From the IMG/VR virus record IMGVR_UViG_2873571580_000001: a stretch of DNA of 64,000 bases, one strand, 5' to 3'. The stretch comes from a virus (Duplodnaviria > Caudoviricetes). Below are positions 18,124-28,287 of this stretch, in pieces (position 1 is the first letter of the stretch; each line of letters starts with the position of its first letter). The notes under the pieces were generated by a model. That model was not told the DNA's origin, did not search any database, and saw only the letters and a list, made by a program, of their open reading frames with translations. Both the position numbers and the translations under genes were made by a program.

Positions 18124-18543
18124 TCAGGCGGTGGCTTGCCCAGGGCGCGGCGTTCCAGCCAGATCGGCGGCAGCGTCTGCCTCGGTCAGCACGGGGCGTG
18201 CAAGCTGGTCGCGCAAGCGAAAGCCCAGCAGCGGCCAGATCTGGTTGATGGCGTTTTCACGGGCAACAGCGCGGCCGATCTCGGCGTTGAAGTTTTCTGT
18301 GCTGACGCAAGCGCTCTCGCCGGTAACAGTGAAGCCGTTGCGCAGCACTAGCACACAGAAAGTGAGCAGGTTGAGCGCCGTCCCGGCTCGCACGCTGTTC
18401 AGACGGTGACCGCTGGCTCCAATCACGCCATCGGCGGCGGTGAAATAGAACTCGCTGGTGATCTCGTCCTCGATATCAGCAGGCGTCACGCGCGGTGCGC
18501 TGCTGGCCTTGGATTGGATTTCTTGCTCAATGGAATCGGACAT
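18124..18543 (-). CDS. N4 Gp49/Sf6 gp66 family protein
   Basis: LTFCVLVLRNGFTVTGESACVS.ENFNAEIG...A..NA.NQIWPLLGF. Confidence 0.85.
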   Translation of the reverse strand: MSDSIEQEIQSKASSAPRVTPADIEDEITSEFYFTAADGVIGASGHRLNSVRAGTALNLLTFCVLVLRNGFTVTGESACVSTENFNAEIGRAVARENAINQIWPLLGFRLRDQLARPVLTEADAAADLAGTPRPGQATA

Positions 18544-18551
18544 GTGTGCAC

Positions 18552-19094
18552 CTATTGGTTTGATTGTGGAGCTTGCACAGTGGCAGGCTTGGTACGGCTC
18601 AGCGCGTCGAAGGAACGCTCGCAGGTGAGTCCTGCGGCATGGGCGGCATCAGCGAACTCCGCCAGTTCGCCCGCTCGCGCGTCAGCCCTGCTGAACAGGT
18701 CGGCGAACAGATCGAGGGCGTCGCCGGTTGTCGGGCCTGCGGTGGGAGCGCTGGAATGCTGGGCGGTTCGGGCGGCGGTGCGATAACGGGCAACGTCGGC
18801 GAGCAGGCGGTCGCGCTCAGTGCGAGCACCAGCAGCATCGTGACGCGCAAGGTCAATGCGGGCTTGGCCATTGGCGGCCTCCTTATCGATTGCGGAACGC
18901 CACGCGGTTTCAGTGGCGCGGAAAGCGGTAACGGCCGCGGCGGTCTTCTCGCGGATCTCGCTCAGCACAACGGCGTAGTGCGCATGCACGGCTTTCTCGG
19001 CGGCGTGCACGCGAGAGAGATGCCACCAGGTGCCAAGGCCAATGAGTGCGGCCAGCACGACAGCGGTGATGATGAGTTTGGCTTGCGTGAACAT
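18552..19094 (-). CDS. Rz: Rz-like inner-membrane spanin
   Basis: N-terminal TM, Ala-rich coiled coil, AGLTCERSFD; embedded lipoprotein ORF. Confidence 0.75.
   Translation of the reverse strand: MFTQAKLIITAVVLAALIGLGTWWHLSRVHAAEKAVHAHYAVVLSEIREKTAAAVTAFRATETAWRSAIDKEAANGQARIDLARHDAAGARTERDRLLADVARYRTAARTAQHSSAPTAGPTTGDALDLFADLFSRADARAGELAEFADAAHAAGLTCERSFDALSRTKPATVQAPQSNQ
18581..18596 (-). promoter_or_regulatory. Late promoter/operator motif copy 6
   Basis: CGTACCAAGCCTGCCA-CTGT inside Rz 3' end, upstream of gp49-scaffold-CsrA-like genes. Confidence 0.75.
18599..18871 (-). CDS. Rz1: Rz1-like outer-membrane spanin, embedded in Rz
   Basis: Signal LLVLALSATA-C, Pro-rich mature part, alternate frame of Rz; exact start uncertain. 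Confidence 0.7.
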   Translation of the reverse strand: MAKPALTLRVTMLLVLALSATACSPTLPVIAPPPEPPSIPALPPQARQPATPSICSPTCSAGLTRERANWRSSLMPPMPQDSPASVPSTR

Positions 19095-19144
19095 CACATG
19101 CCCCGCCACCAGTACCACCACATCGCAATGAAGATGGTATTCAC
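19094..19144 (-). CDS. 16-aa Trp-rich mini-ORF (MNTIFIAMWWYWWRGM)
   Basis: GTG overlaps endolysin stop, TGA overlaps Rz ATG. Confidence 0.45.
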   Translation of the reverse strand: MNTIFIAMWWYWWRGM

Positions 19145-19692
19145 TGGTCGCCCTCCCCGCGTCCCCAACTCAGGCAAAGCTCCTGCGTGGTCTCGCGCCG
19201 GTCCACCAGCCCGTTCAGCGTGACCAGTTGACCGTTCATACGACCCTTGACCCACTTGGTCAGCTCGCGGCAGCCGCCATCGATGTCGCCGCGATTGAAC
19301 TTCGCGCGCAGTGTCGAATTGACCGTCGCGGGGTTCTCGCCGAGGTTGTAGAGCCAGTCGATCAGCGCTGCCTGAATCCAGCGGTTGTAGGTGTCGAATG
19401 CTGGGAACAGACGCCGCGCGCTGGCCAGAGCAACGGCATAGTGCTCGCGCTCAAGCACATCACACTCACCACGGGTGTACAGCTTGCCCGGAACCACCCA
19501 CCGCCCAGTGACGCCGCGGCAGGCGGTCCAGATGCCGCCCGTGTCGAGATATGGCCTGTACATGACGGATCCGTCAGGCTGTCGCACGGTCGGGCCGTCG
19601 CCTTCATACCAAGCGCCCAACGTCATGGCAATCGCAATCGCGCCGCCGCCAGCACCTGCTTTGATCAACAATTTCCGAAGGGCTTCTTTCAC
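19141..19692 (-). CDS. Endolysin, GH24 lysozyme with probable SAR N-terminus
   Basis: AGAGGGAIAIAMTLGAWYEG, YLDTGGIWTAC.G.T, LNGLVDRRETTQELC. Confidence 0.9.
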   Translation of the reverse strand: MKEALRKLLIKAGAGGGAIAIAMTLGAWYEGDGPTVRQPDGSVMYRPYLDTGGIWTACRGVTGRWVVPGKLYTRGECDVLEREHYAVALASARRLFPAFDTYNRWIQAALIDWLYNLGENPATVNSTLRAKFNRGDIDGGCRELTKWVKGRMNGQLVTLNGLVDRRETTQELCLSWGRGEGDQ

Positions 19693-20009
19693 AGCTTGCC
19701 CCCCTTGAGAGCAGACCAAAAGCCCGCGACGGCAGTGCCCAAGGCCACGATGTACCCGGCAGGCTTTGCAATCTTGCCCAGCCAATTGAGAACCTTGAAG
19801 GCACCCTTCATCGCCTGGAAGAACTCCACCAGATCCTTGGTGCTGTCTGCGACTTCGCGCGTCGCCTTGGTGTTCTCGGCCATCTCCTCACTGAGTGCCG
19901 CAACGCTGCCCTCGATGCGGTTCATGCGCTCATCACCCGCGATCAGACGCTCGTTCAAGGATGCAGTTTTTCCACTGGGAACAAGGTTCCCGAAATCGTC
20001 CTGCATCAT
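19689..20009 (-). CDS. Holin-like membrane protein
   Basis: C-terminal hydrophobic helix; immediately upstream of endolysin. Confidence 0.55.
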   Translation of the reverse strand: MMQDDFGNLVPSGKTASLNERLIAGDERMNRIEGSVAALSEEMAENTKATREVADSTKDLVEFFQAMKGAFKVLNWLGKIAKPAGYIVALGTAVAGFWSALKGGKL

Positions 20010-20719
20010 TGGTCACCCCACGCAGGCAGCACAGACCAAGTCACTGGGGCGCGCAGATCGTGGCCCGGGATCGGATACCACATCTGCGGAGCCAGCGGCC
20101 CGCTGAAAACGTTGTCCACCTCGAAGCCCACGCGGGTCTTGAGGCTGAGCTTGCCGACCAGCTTGCGAGTGACCTTCACAAGCCACGCGCCGCCCGAGCG
20201 CACCACCGTGACAGAGAGCTTGCCTTCGCTGCCCTGCCACTTCTGGAAGCCGCTCGCGCCGCCCACCAGAATGCCGCGACGCCACGCGAGGTATTCACCA
20301 CCGTTGCGGCGATACCAAGCCTTGCGCGCCTTTTCGCTGCGGGGATGTGCCCCCTTGCACCAATAGCACGCGGCCACGGCCTGCGCATATTCTTCGCTGG
20401 CCGGATCAGGGTTCAGCCAGAATGCCTCCACTGGTCGACCACCTTGGGGGGTATCCACCCATGGCCCGTTGTCACCATTCGCTGTGATGTTCAGCATCGG
20501 CGCGATGTCGCAATCTGCCCAGTCGGGCCGCGCTTCGATCAGCCGGTTGTGCTCCCAGCTCATCGCCTTGGCAATCTTGCCCGCACGCAGCAGACGGATC
20601 TTCAGCTTGGCCAGCAGCAGCCCGTCCGACTGCTCATCGGCAAAGTCGATGCAGTCGATGACCTCGGCATGCAAGGTAGCGGGCACGCCCGCGATGGTCA
20701 GCATTCGGGAAAGGTTCAT
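20006..20719 (-). CDS. Hypothetical phage protein
   Basis: Overlap-coupled between portal and holin-like gene. Confidence 0.7.
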   Translation of the reverse strand: MNLSRMLTIAGVPATLHAEVIDCIDFADEQSDGLLLAKLKIRLLRAGKIAKAMSWEHNRLIEARPDWADCDIAPMLNITANGDNGPWVDTPQGGRPVEAFWLNPDPASEEYAQAVAACYWCKGAHPRSEKARKAWYRRNGGEYLAWRRGILVGGASGFQKWQGSEGKLSVTVVRSGGAWLVKVTRKLVGKLSLKTRVGFEVDNVFSGPLAPQMWYPIPGHDLRAPVTWSVLPAWGDQ

Positions 20720-23070
20720 TCAGCTTCTCCGGGTTTCTGTTCTGGGGATTGGTCATTGCCGAACTGGGCTAGTGCTTGGTTCATGGCTGCCAAGCGCTCG
20801 CGGCTCTGGGCTTGGATCTCTGCCACGCGCTCGCGGCTGTCGGCATCGATGCGCGCGACCTGCAGGCGCACATCGGCGTCGCTCTTCACGGCCAGCGTCT
20901 TGTTCGCAAGATCCGCCTGCGCTTTGGAAAGCTGACGCTGCACGCGGTCCAACTCCATGTCGGCATCGCGGCGCACCGTAGCGGCAGCGCCTTGCATCTG
21001 CTGCGCGCGGGCCTGATCGCCACCGGCTGCAACGCTTTCCGCTTCAGCTTCGAGCTTCGCCGCCTTGGCATTGATCTCGCGCACCTTCGCCACCTGTTCG
21101 GCCAACGCCTGCTTGGCGCTCTCCTGCTGCATCTGCAGCGCCTCGGCCTGTGCCTGCATTTGCTGCTGCATCTGCTGCTGCTCCTCGGGTGTGAGCGGCT
21201 TGTTCGGATCGCGCTCGCCAGTGAGCTTGCGCAGCTCGTCGGCGATCAGATCGTTGTTGGGCAGGTCCGAGAAATCCATGGCCAGCGTCATGATGCGCAG
21301 CGCCACGTCGGCCGGCAGTCGGCCGGCGAGCTGGTTCATGGCCTCGAACATCACCTGGCGCAGCGTGCCCGAGTAGTCCTGCTCGCTCACCACGAAGTCA
21401 GCCAGTGAAGCGGTGATGTCGTTGATGTAGCGCACCGAGCCGTCGGGCTGCACCTCGGGCTGATTGATCTTCACCCACTCCAGTGCGCCCTTGTGGCCTG
21501 ACAGGCGGATCACCTTTTCTTCCGTGTACCACTGCTCGATGAGGCTGAGCAGCTTCTCGCCCTGCGACTGGACCGCGAAGCGTAGGTTGTCGAATGGCTG
21601 TGTGGTGACAACGGAGCCCTGCATCTGGCGCGCCTTGATGGCTTCGCCCGAACTAGCATTGGTCTGGCGGCCAAGGTTCTCGTTGCTGATACCGGCGTTC
21701 TTCTGGATCGCCTGGGCGTCTAGCGTCATCATCTGCACTTGCCCGGCCGCCATCTCGCTGTCGCGATGCACCTCGAACTTCTTGCCCGCCTTGTAGAGCA
21801 CCGTCCCATCGGGTTGGTTGACCTCCTCGCGCGCCGCGTTGATGTCCTTGACAGACCCCTCTTCCGCAAAAATCTGGTTCGTGGACAGCAGAAACAGCGC
21901 CTTGGATGCACGCTTGTTCAGATCCTTCTGGAGATCACGCACGCGGCGGATCACGCCATAGGGCATGCGATCGCGCCCACGGCGGTAGCACCAGACCGGC
22001 GTCAGGCTGAAGCTGTTGTGCCGCATCGGCATGGGGCCGAGTGCAAGCAGGTGCGACTCGGTCATGACAGCGACGTGCATGCGCATCACCAAGCGATCCA
22101 CAATGGCCCCGCCGACCTGCCCCACTGCCTGCATCAAAGCGCTGTCCCATGATTCGAGGAACGCACCCTTGAACGGACCTTCCGTCACCACCTTGACCGA
22201 CACCGGCATGCGGAACTGACACTCGATCAGGCGGATGCGCTTGCGCGGCTCGCTGTCGACGTTGCCGCGCCCGCCAGTTACGTAGCTGGTGCTGGAGTGC
22301 GTGGAGCTGGAATAGCCTTGGTAGTAGAACTCGTCCTCGGCCCACTGCTGAGACGAATACTCGTTGTCATGCTGGATCGAGCGGCGCAGAACATCGGCGC
22401 GGCCGGGGTACATGGCGAGTGCCACGTCCTCATCCACCCAACGCGTGCGGAACAGGTAGCGCGCATCCGCGAGATCCATCTCCATCGCGAAGGAATCCCA
22501 GATGACGTTGCGCCAGTCCTCGTACTTGTCGTAGATGATGTCCTTGGTCGGGTCATTGCGCACGCCGGAATCGACCCAGCCAACGCCCACCTTAACCGCA
22601 TCATCGAACGCGCGCGAGCGATTGAACTGCGATCGGTTCACGTCCGTAACGAACTTCATGACCTTCGTTTTCACGTCGGCCATGTCCACATCGTCCTCGG
22701 TGCGCGGCAGCACGCGCCAATCCACGCGAGCCCGTCGCTCGGTGCCAATCAACCAATCCACCATGGGCGCGACCTCGTTGAACACCAGTGGCGTCTGGCC
22801 GCGCTCCTCCAGCAGCGCCGCGTCTGCCGGATCCCATTGCTCGTTGTCGTAGAAGTCCGCATCCACCGACATGTCCAGCCGGTTCTCCGCCTGAATCTCG
22901 CGCTCGCGGTAGTACCAGGACAGGCACTGCTTGAGCACGTTGCGCGACTTCTCGCTGTCCAGCGGATGCGGTGGCGTCACGTCGACAACCTCGAAGCTCT
23001 CGGCTTCCTCGTTGATGACGTTCTCGCCCGGTGCGACGTTGCGACGGATGCGCGGCTCAAGCAGGGACAT
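20716..23070 (-). CDS. Portal protein, P22-like
   Basis: FYDNEQW, LVFNEVAP, DLQKDLNKRASK, long C-terminal Gln/Ala coiled coil. Confidence 0.9.
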   Translation of the reverse strand: MSLLEPRIRRNVAPGENVINEEAESFEVVDVTPPHPLDSEKSRNVLKQCLSWYYREREIQAENRLDMSVDADFYDNEQWDPADAALLEERGQTPLVFNEVAPMVDWLIGTERRARVDWRVLPRTEDDVDMADVKTKVMKFVTDVNRSQFNRSRAFDDAVKVGVGWVDSGVRNDPTKDIIYDKYEDWRNVIWDSFAMEMDLADARYLFRTRWVDEDVALAMYPGRADVLRRSIQHDNEYSSQQWAEDEFYYQGYSSSTHSSTSYVTGGRGNVDSEPRKRIRLIECQFRMPVSVKVVTEGPFKGAFLESWDSALMQAVGQVGGAIVDRLVMRMHVAVMTESHLLALGPMPMRHNSFSLTPVWCYRRGRDRMPYGVIRRVRDLQKDLNKRASKALFLLSTNQIFAEEGSVKDINAAREEVNQPDGTVLYKAGKKFEVHRDSEMAAGQVQMMTLDAQAIQKNAGISNENLGRQTNASSGEAIKARQMQGSVVTTQPFDNLRFAVQSQGEKLLSLIEQWYTEEKVIRLSGHKGALEWVKINQPEVQPDGSVRYINDITASLADFVVSEQDYSGTLRQVMFEAMNQLAGRLPADVALRIMTLAMDFSDLPNNDLIADELRKLTGERDPNKPLTPEEQQQMQQQMQAQAEALQMQQESAKQALAEQVAKVREINAKAAKLEAEAESVAAGGDQARAQQMQGAAATVRRDADMELDRVQRQLSKAQADLANKTLAVKSDADVRLQVARIDADSRERVAEIQAQSRERLAAMNQALAQFGNDQSPEQKPGEAE

Positions 23071-23479
23071 ACTCCGCCCCCTTGTCCTCGATGGTCAGGG
23101 CTTCGGCCGCGATCTGCTTGCCGTCCGCCATGACCTTGAGTTCGCCGAATTCCTTGCCCTTGGATTCGCGCACGGGCTCCGAAGGCATGCGGTACAGGTC
23201 CGGCAGACCCTCGTTGACGATGGTGGCGACGCGCACCCAGTTCGCGCAAGTGGGCTCAATGCCCAACACCTCGCACGCCTTGACGCACTGGCGCGCGAGA
23301 TAGGCCGGATCGTCGTATTGGTAAGCCGCGGACTCCATCACCACGTACCACGACGCTTTGGGCCGGAACGCAGGGATCAGGACAAGGCAGCGCTCACCGT
23401 TGATCCAGGTGTAGACGGCAAGCAGGTCGCCATGCTGGCGGTGCAGATGGGCTTTGCGGAGGTCGATACATGCAGGCAT
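23057..23479 (-). CDS. Conserved hypothetical phage protein
   Basis: ATG 7 nt after motif -10 hexamer; overlaps portal start. Confidence 0.7.
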   Translation of the reverse strand: MPACIDLRKAHLHRQHGDLLAVYTWINGERCLVLIPAFRPKASWYVVMESAAYQYDDPAYLARQCVKACEVLGIEPTCANWVRVATIVNEGLPDLYRMPSEPVRESKGKEFGELKVMADGKQIAAEALTIEDKGAEYVPA

Positions 23480-23490
23480 GCCCGCCACAG

Positions 23491-23506
23491 TGGCAGGCTT
23501 GGTACG
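23491..23506 (-). promoter_or_regulatory. Late promoter/operator motif copy 7
   Basis: CGTACCAAGCCTGCCA-CTGT. Confidence 0.75.
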
Positions 23507-23904
23507 GGATGGCGCGTTTGTGCCCGCAACCTATGAGAGACATTTAAGAGCGAGAGGCTGGTCTTTCGAGGTCGGCCATTGAATGCTTATAGAGAGCCTT
23601 GCTATAGAGAACCTCCGCTAGCGAATCAAGCGGCCTCACATCATCATGAAGCATCGTGCAGTATTTCCGCGACGCGCGCCACTGCAATCAAAAGTCCATT
23701 CGCAGCCATTCGCACTCTACAAAGCGTCACGAGAGTTGAACTCCTCGTATTGAACTTCAAGATTGGGCCCCGACGAGTATCATCCGAAGTGAAAGTCAAC
23801 AATTGCTATCGCGAATCATTTGCTATAGATACAAACTTAATGTTACATTGATGGTGATGTCATATTCTCAGAACACACTTTCCTGATCGGGAGTTACATA
23901 AGCA

Positions 23905-26013
23905 ATGAAGATTTGGACACATCTTTTCCGAACAGCGCTTGTTGCTATGCTCATGAGTGCGAATGTAGCGAACGCGCAGAACATTCTTGTTCTGACCACA
24001 GGAGGTCAAAACTCCCGACCAGCTCCGGAGCTCGAAAACAAATATATGCCAGCGATGGTGCAGGAGTTTTCCAGTCCGCTGACATTCGGCGACTTTACGA
24101 CTGGTGGCAATCCCTGCAGCGGGACAAATAGCACCACTGTTGGCTCGTTGACGAAGTCCGTCACCTGCAATCAGACCGAATTGGTGAATGGCACCGTCAT
24201 GGCTTCATCCACCTTTGACCCGGGCTATGACCTTCTGGTAGTGGCTTCTGCTTACACCACAATAGACGCAGCAGATTGGGCTGTGATCGAGGATGCAGTT
24301 CAAACGCGCAAGGTGCGCGGTGCGGTGTTTTTCATCGACACAATCAACGGGGCCAACACGACGGCCATAGAAGGTTTGCTTTCACGAGTTATGGGAGCCC
24401 CCGTTACTCAAGGCTCTCAGTTTCCTGGTGGCAACTTTTACTTTCCGCTCAACACTGCCGCCGCCGCACAGAGTAGCTTCACCGGCTTACCCACCTTGGA
24501 ACTCAACAGTGGGTTTTATGCATATAACGGGGTGCCATCACGTTACGCTCTGTATACGGGCGTGAATGAATTAGCTACAGCTACTCCGGGGAATGCGACT
24601 GACCCAACGTCAGCCACAGGCATTTTCGTACCCCAGAGTGATTCTTATGCGGGTGCTGGCGCCTGCGTTTTCGGCGTTACGGACATCGGCTGGGGGGTCA
24701 GTGGAACTGGGCACAACATTGGCAAGCTCGGCAATGCTTTTCTGACAGAATTCAACAAGTCTGCTCCTGATGGAATTTGTGCCACTCCCTTGGCAGCACC
24801 TCCCACGCTCGCCATTCAAAAGACAACCACTGCCAACACTGCCGCCTTTCCATCCAACGGTGTCGCGGTTCCCTATACTGTTGAAGTCAGCAACGTAAGT
24901 ACCACTGCGCTGGCACTCAACGTTGGAGTAAGCGACCCGCAGCCTACAGGCATAACACTAGGTCAGTGGGCATGTACTCAAATTACGCCTGCCGCACCTG
25001 CGAATTTGTGCCCCACTGGATTGCCAACTGGCGATCTCGTTACCACAATCGCGTCGCTACCCGCTGGTGCGAAGCTTCAGTTCACCACCAGTGGGACCGT
25101 GACGGACAATACCCAATCACTGACCAACGTGGCTACGCTTCAGTTGCCTCCCGGGGCTATCTGCGATGGAGGCGGCAACCCTTGCACATCACAGGTGTCT
25201 TTTGCCTTGCCGCCATCGATCAGTGTGATCTGCGAACCAAGCAGTATTCTTGATTCACCTTCGCAGACTGCAGTTTGCAGTATTTCCTCCAGCATCTCAG
25301 CACCCGCTGGCGGTTTGACCGTCGCATTGATTCCACCAGCCTCCCCGCACGGACGCTATTCCACCGACTGCGGCTCGACTATCACGATACTCGAAGGAAG
25401 TCTTAAGGCTACCTGCAGCATTACCGCGACGCCCAATGACACGCCTGGAGATGGAGATGTGAATGTGACGCTGGCATTGGCTACTCGACCTGTTGGTGCC
25501 AACTACCAAACGGGATTGCCATCCCAAGCCACAGTATTGGTCAAAGATGACGATGTCGCGGCCGCCACGCCGGAAGCAACACTGTCCTGCACACCGACGA
25601 CACTGGTCGACGCCGAAAATCAGGTATCCATTTGTACCGTCAGCCTAAGCGCTCCCGCCCCAGCAGGAGGACTTGGTATCATTATCGTTCCACCAGCGAC
25701 CAATGGTCGCTACAGCACGACCTGTGCATCGCCCCTCGCCGTTCCAGCAGGCGCTAGCACTGCTACTTGCGCTATCACAGCCACGCCCAATACAGTTGCT
25801 GGCGATGGTAGCGCCTCAGCCCTTGTCCAACTGATACCCGGAACCGGCTATGGAGTGGGTAATCAAGCGCAGGCGACGGTCAATATCAACGATGATGACC
25901 AAACAATGACTGTTGCACCTGTTCCCACTTTGGGTCAGTGGGCCATGATGATCCTGTCGATTCTTGTCGCGTCGATTGGCGTTGGATTGTCACGCAGGCA
26001 GTTGCGCAAATAG
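23905..26013 (+). CDS. Moron: secreted surface protein with DUF11-like domain, two Cys-containing Ig-like repeats and IPTL-CTERM sorting signal
   Basis: Signal peptide; C-terminus VAPVPTLGQWAMMILSILVASIGVGLSRRQLRK; lower GC than phage genes. Confidence 0.85.
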   Translation: MKIWTHLFRTALVAMLMSANVANAQNILVLTTGGQNSRPAPELENKYMPAMVQEFSSPLTFGDFTTGGNPCSGTNSTTVGSLTKSVTCNQTELVNGTVMASSTFDPGYDLLVVASAYTTIDAADWAVIEDAVQTRKVRGAVFFIDTINGANTTAIEGLLSRVMGAPVTQGSQFPGGNFYFPLNTAAAAQSSFTGLPTLELNSGFYAYNGVPSRYALYTGVNELATATPGNATDPTSATGIFVPQSDSYAGAGACVFGVTDIGWGVSGTGHNIGKLGNAFLTEFNKSAPDGICATPLAAPPTLAIQKTTTANTAAFPSNGVAVPYTVEVSNVSTTALALNVGVSDPQPTGITLGQWACTQITPAAPANLCPTGLPTGDLVTTIASLPAGAKLQFTTSGTVTDNTQSLTNVATLQLPPGAICDGGGNPCTSQVSFALPPSISVICEPSSILDSPSQTAVCSISSSISAPAGGLTVALIPPASPHGRYSTDCGSTITILEGSLKATCSITATPNDTPGDGDVNVTLALATRPVGANYQTGLPSQATVLVKDDDVAAATPEATLSCTPTTLVDAENQVSICTVSLSAPAPAGGLGIIIVPPATNGRYSTTCASPLAVPAGASTATCAITATPNTVAGDGSASALVQLIPGTGYGVGNQAQATVNINDDDQTMTVAPVPTLGQWAMMILSILVASIGVGLSRRQLRK

Positions 26014-26115
26014 GTATTTCCCGCAAAAAATACTGAGCCACCTCCGGGTGGCTCTATACGTTTTGGTAGGTTGCTTCAGTAGCGTTTCGGATAGTTCTTA
26101 TCGAGCCATGCTGGA
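25522..26115 (+). repeat. 594-bp near-identical direct repeat, copy 1
   Basis: Matches 30311-30904 from TCCCAAGCCACAGTATT to GAGCCAYGCTGGA. Confidence 0.9.
26035..26054. terminator. Stem-loop between convergent moron and terL
   Basis: GAGCCACC-TCCG-GGTGGCTC. Confidence 0.7.
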
Positions 26116-27477
26116 TCCGTGCCGCTTGATCTTTTGACCCGGATTTCCCGCATCGTTGTCCATGCGCGGCAGTGCCATCCCTATATATCGCCACACGTCC
26201 GCGCCATGACTGGCGTCATCGTGCAGCGGCGCGCCCGGCTCCTGCGTGCGTGGATCGATCTGCCGCTTGTACCGACTCAGGCAGTCCAATAGCTGAGCGC
26301 ACTTCTTCTCGTCAATGTAGGCCTGCGGAAAGATGCCGCGAGCCAGACGAATGCCCGCCTCCAGCCCGAATCGCTCCAGCACTTCAACCTCGCGCTTCAT
26401 GTCCTCAAGGATCTGCTGCGCGGTCTGCCCCGTCTTGAAATCACCGTGCGCACCGTCGTGCGGGAGGAAGTCGATGCCCCAGCGATACGGCAGCTTCTCC
26501 ATCTCCTCGACATACCACTCGAGTGTCTTCTGGTTGTCCTGCATGAAATTGATGACGCGGAAATCCACGGGCGTGCGCTGCACGAACGCGATGGCCATAT
26601 TGTCGGCCCAGCCCAAATCCCAAACGGTGTGCACCGGCAGACGCGGGTTGTACGGCACCAGACAGACGCGCTCCTCGTTGTAGAGCTTTTCCACCTCTTT
26701 GGCGTAGATCGCGCCAGCAATCGCGCGCTTGGGTTTGCCCTCCCAGACATTCCAGTAGGTCTCGGGATCGCGCTTGAAGTGTCGGAGTCGCTCTTTCTCC
26801 AGCACCTCCGGGAACCATGGGTTGTCACGCCAGTTGATCTCGCACAGCCATGTGTCCTCATCCGCGTTGGTGATGAAGCGCGAATAGGTCGCATCGCTGG
26901 CGAGATCAGGATTGAGCGTGAGCCAAATCTCAGAGCCAGGCCGCCGGATGGTCGGTACCAGCACCTCCCAAGACCGAGCACTGACGCTCTGCGCCTCTTC
27001 CACCCAGACAATATCAATGGCCTCGAACGACTTGATGGTGTCGACGGTGTGGCTCTGCAGTCCTGCGAACAGGATCAGTGTGCCGTTGGCTCCACGAATC
27101 TCAGTGTCCAGCACCTCGTAGAACCCGCCGAGTTTCAATGCTTCGATCTGATCGCGCAGAAGCCGGTGCACGGAATCGCGCATCGACTTCTGGATTTCAC
27201 GGGCGCACAGGATACGCAGCGGCCGGTTGCTGCCCATGACGAGCAGCGCCATCGCAACAGACCACGACTTGGCTCCGCCGCGCCCGCCATACATGACCTT
27301 GAAGCGTCGCGGCTGAAACAGCCCGCGCAGCTTACCCGGAAACTCGATGCGAACGCGCTCCCGCTCTACCTCGTAGTCCTGGGCAAAGTCGGCGACGAGT
27401 GAGCCGCCATGCACGTCCGCGAGTGTCGCGGCCAGAATGCTGGGCTGTGTTGTTCCGCGAATCGGAGCGAGTCTCAT
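26098..27477 (-). CDS. terL: Terminase large subunit, PBSX family
   Basis: Walker A YGGRGGAKS, ILCAREIQKS, Walker B VWVEEA, HDDASHGADVWRY. Confidence 0.95.
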   Translation of the reverse strand: MRLAPIRGTTQPSILAATLADVHGGSLVADFAQDYEVERERVRIEFPGKLRGLFQPRRFKVMYGGRGGAKSWSVAMALLVMGSNRPLRILCAREIQKSMRDSVHRLLRDQIEALKLGGFYEVLDTEIRGANGTLILFAGLQSHTVDTIKSFEAIDIVWVEEAQSVSARSWEVLVPTIRRPGSEIWLTLNPDLASDATYSRFITNADEDTWLCEINWRDNPWFPEVLEKERLRHFKRDPETYWNVWEGKPKRAIAGAIYAKEVEKLYNEERVCLVPYNPRLPVHTVWDLGWADNMAIAFVQRTPVDFRVINFMQDNQKTLEWYVEEMEKLPYRWGIDFLPHDGAHGDFKTGQTAQQILEDMKREVEVLERFGLEAGIRLARGIFPQAYIDEKKCAQLLDCLSRYKRQIDPRTQEPGAPLHDDASHGADVWRYIGMALPRMDNDAGNPGQKIKRHGSSMAR

Positions 27478-28277
27478 GCGCCGCCTGCAGTCGGATCGTT
27501 CTCGCGCTTCGGTGGATCAACGAAATGAATCTCGAAGTGTCCGACTCCGCCCCCGCCCTGCTGCTCGTTGTCGCGCTTGTACATGCCGTGGTAGCGCATG
27601 AGCTTCTCGGCGACATCCAGTTGGCTATGGATGCTGATCTCCATTCCGTTGCGAGTTTCCTTCGCGCCGCCGAACAGTGCGAGCGCACCTGCCGACATGC
27701 TGCGCGTGTCCTTGAGCACAGTGCGCGACGTTCCACCACCAAAGCACTCGGGACAGTCCTGATTCGGCGGCTTCCGGGCGTCGTAGCCGATACCGCCCGC
27801 CTCCGGGAAGGTCGCTATCGCCTTGCCTTCCTCGACCCACTTCTCGCGCTTGGTGTTGTATTCCGCCATGGTGTATTGGTACTGGTGGCCAATACCGTAG
27901 CAGTGACGGCAGCAAGCGACATAGACCTCCACCAGTTCGCGCGGGTCAGCCATCAGCATCTGATTCAGGCGGTTCACAACGTCCGCCGCCTTCACCTCGG
28001 CACGCTCCACAACCGCCTTGGAGAACTCCCGCACAAACTCCTGCACCTTCACATTTCTCAACAGGCGAGCGCCCTGCGACGCTGACGTGTTCTTGCTGTA
28101 CCCGGCTTTCACTGCCGCCTGCGTGGCATTGAAATCAGACAACACATACTCTCGCGCGAATGCACGATAACGGTCCTCGGTCGTGATTTTTGGCTTGGCC
28201 GGTGGTGGTTTGGCCTTCGCCTTTGCCTTACTGCTTCGGGAAGCATCAGGCTTGGGCTTTCGGGAGGAATTGCTCAT
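27474..28277 (-). CDS. terS: Terminase small subunit with Cys-rich insertion
   Basis: FAREYVLSDFNATQAAVKAGYS..TS..QG.RLL; CCRHC and CPEC; ATG 6 nt after motif -10 hexamer. Confidence 0.9.
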   Translation of the reverse strand: MSNSSRKPKPDASRSSKAKAKAKPPPAKPKITTEDRYRAFAREYVLSDFNATQAAVKAGYSKNTSASQGARLLRNVKVQEFVREFSKAVVERAEVKAADVVNRLNQMLMADPRELVEVYVACCRHCYGIGHQYQYTMAEYNTKREKWVEEGKAIATFPEAGGIGYDARKPPNQDCPECFGGGTSRTVLKDTRSMSAGALALFGGAKETRNGMEISIHSQLDVAEKLMRYHGMYKRDNEQQGGGGVGHFEIHFVDPPKRENDPTAGGA

Positions 28278-28287
28278 CCCTACAACA

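Noticed and set aside
23599-23826. Three TTGCTAT repeats upstream of the first surface-protein moron
   Set aside because: Irregular spacing, short, and not found before the paralogous moron
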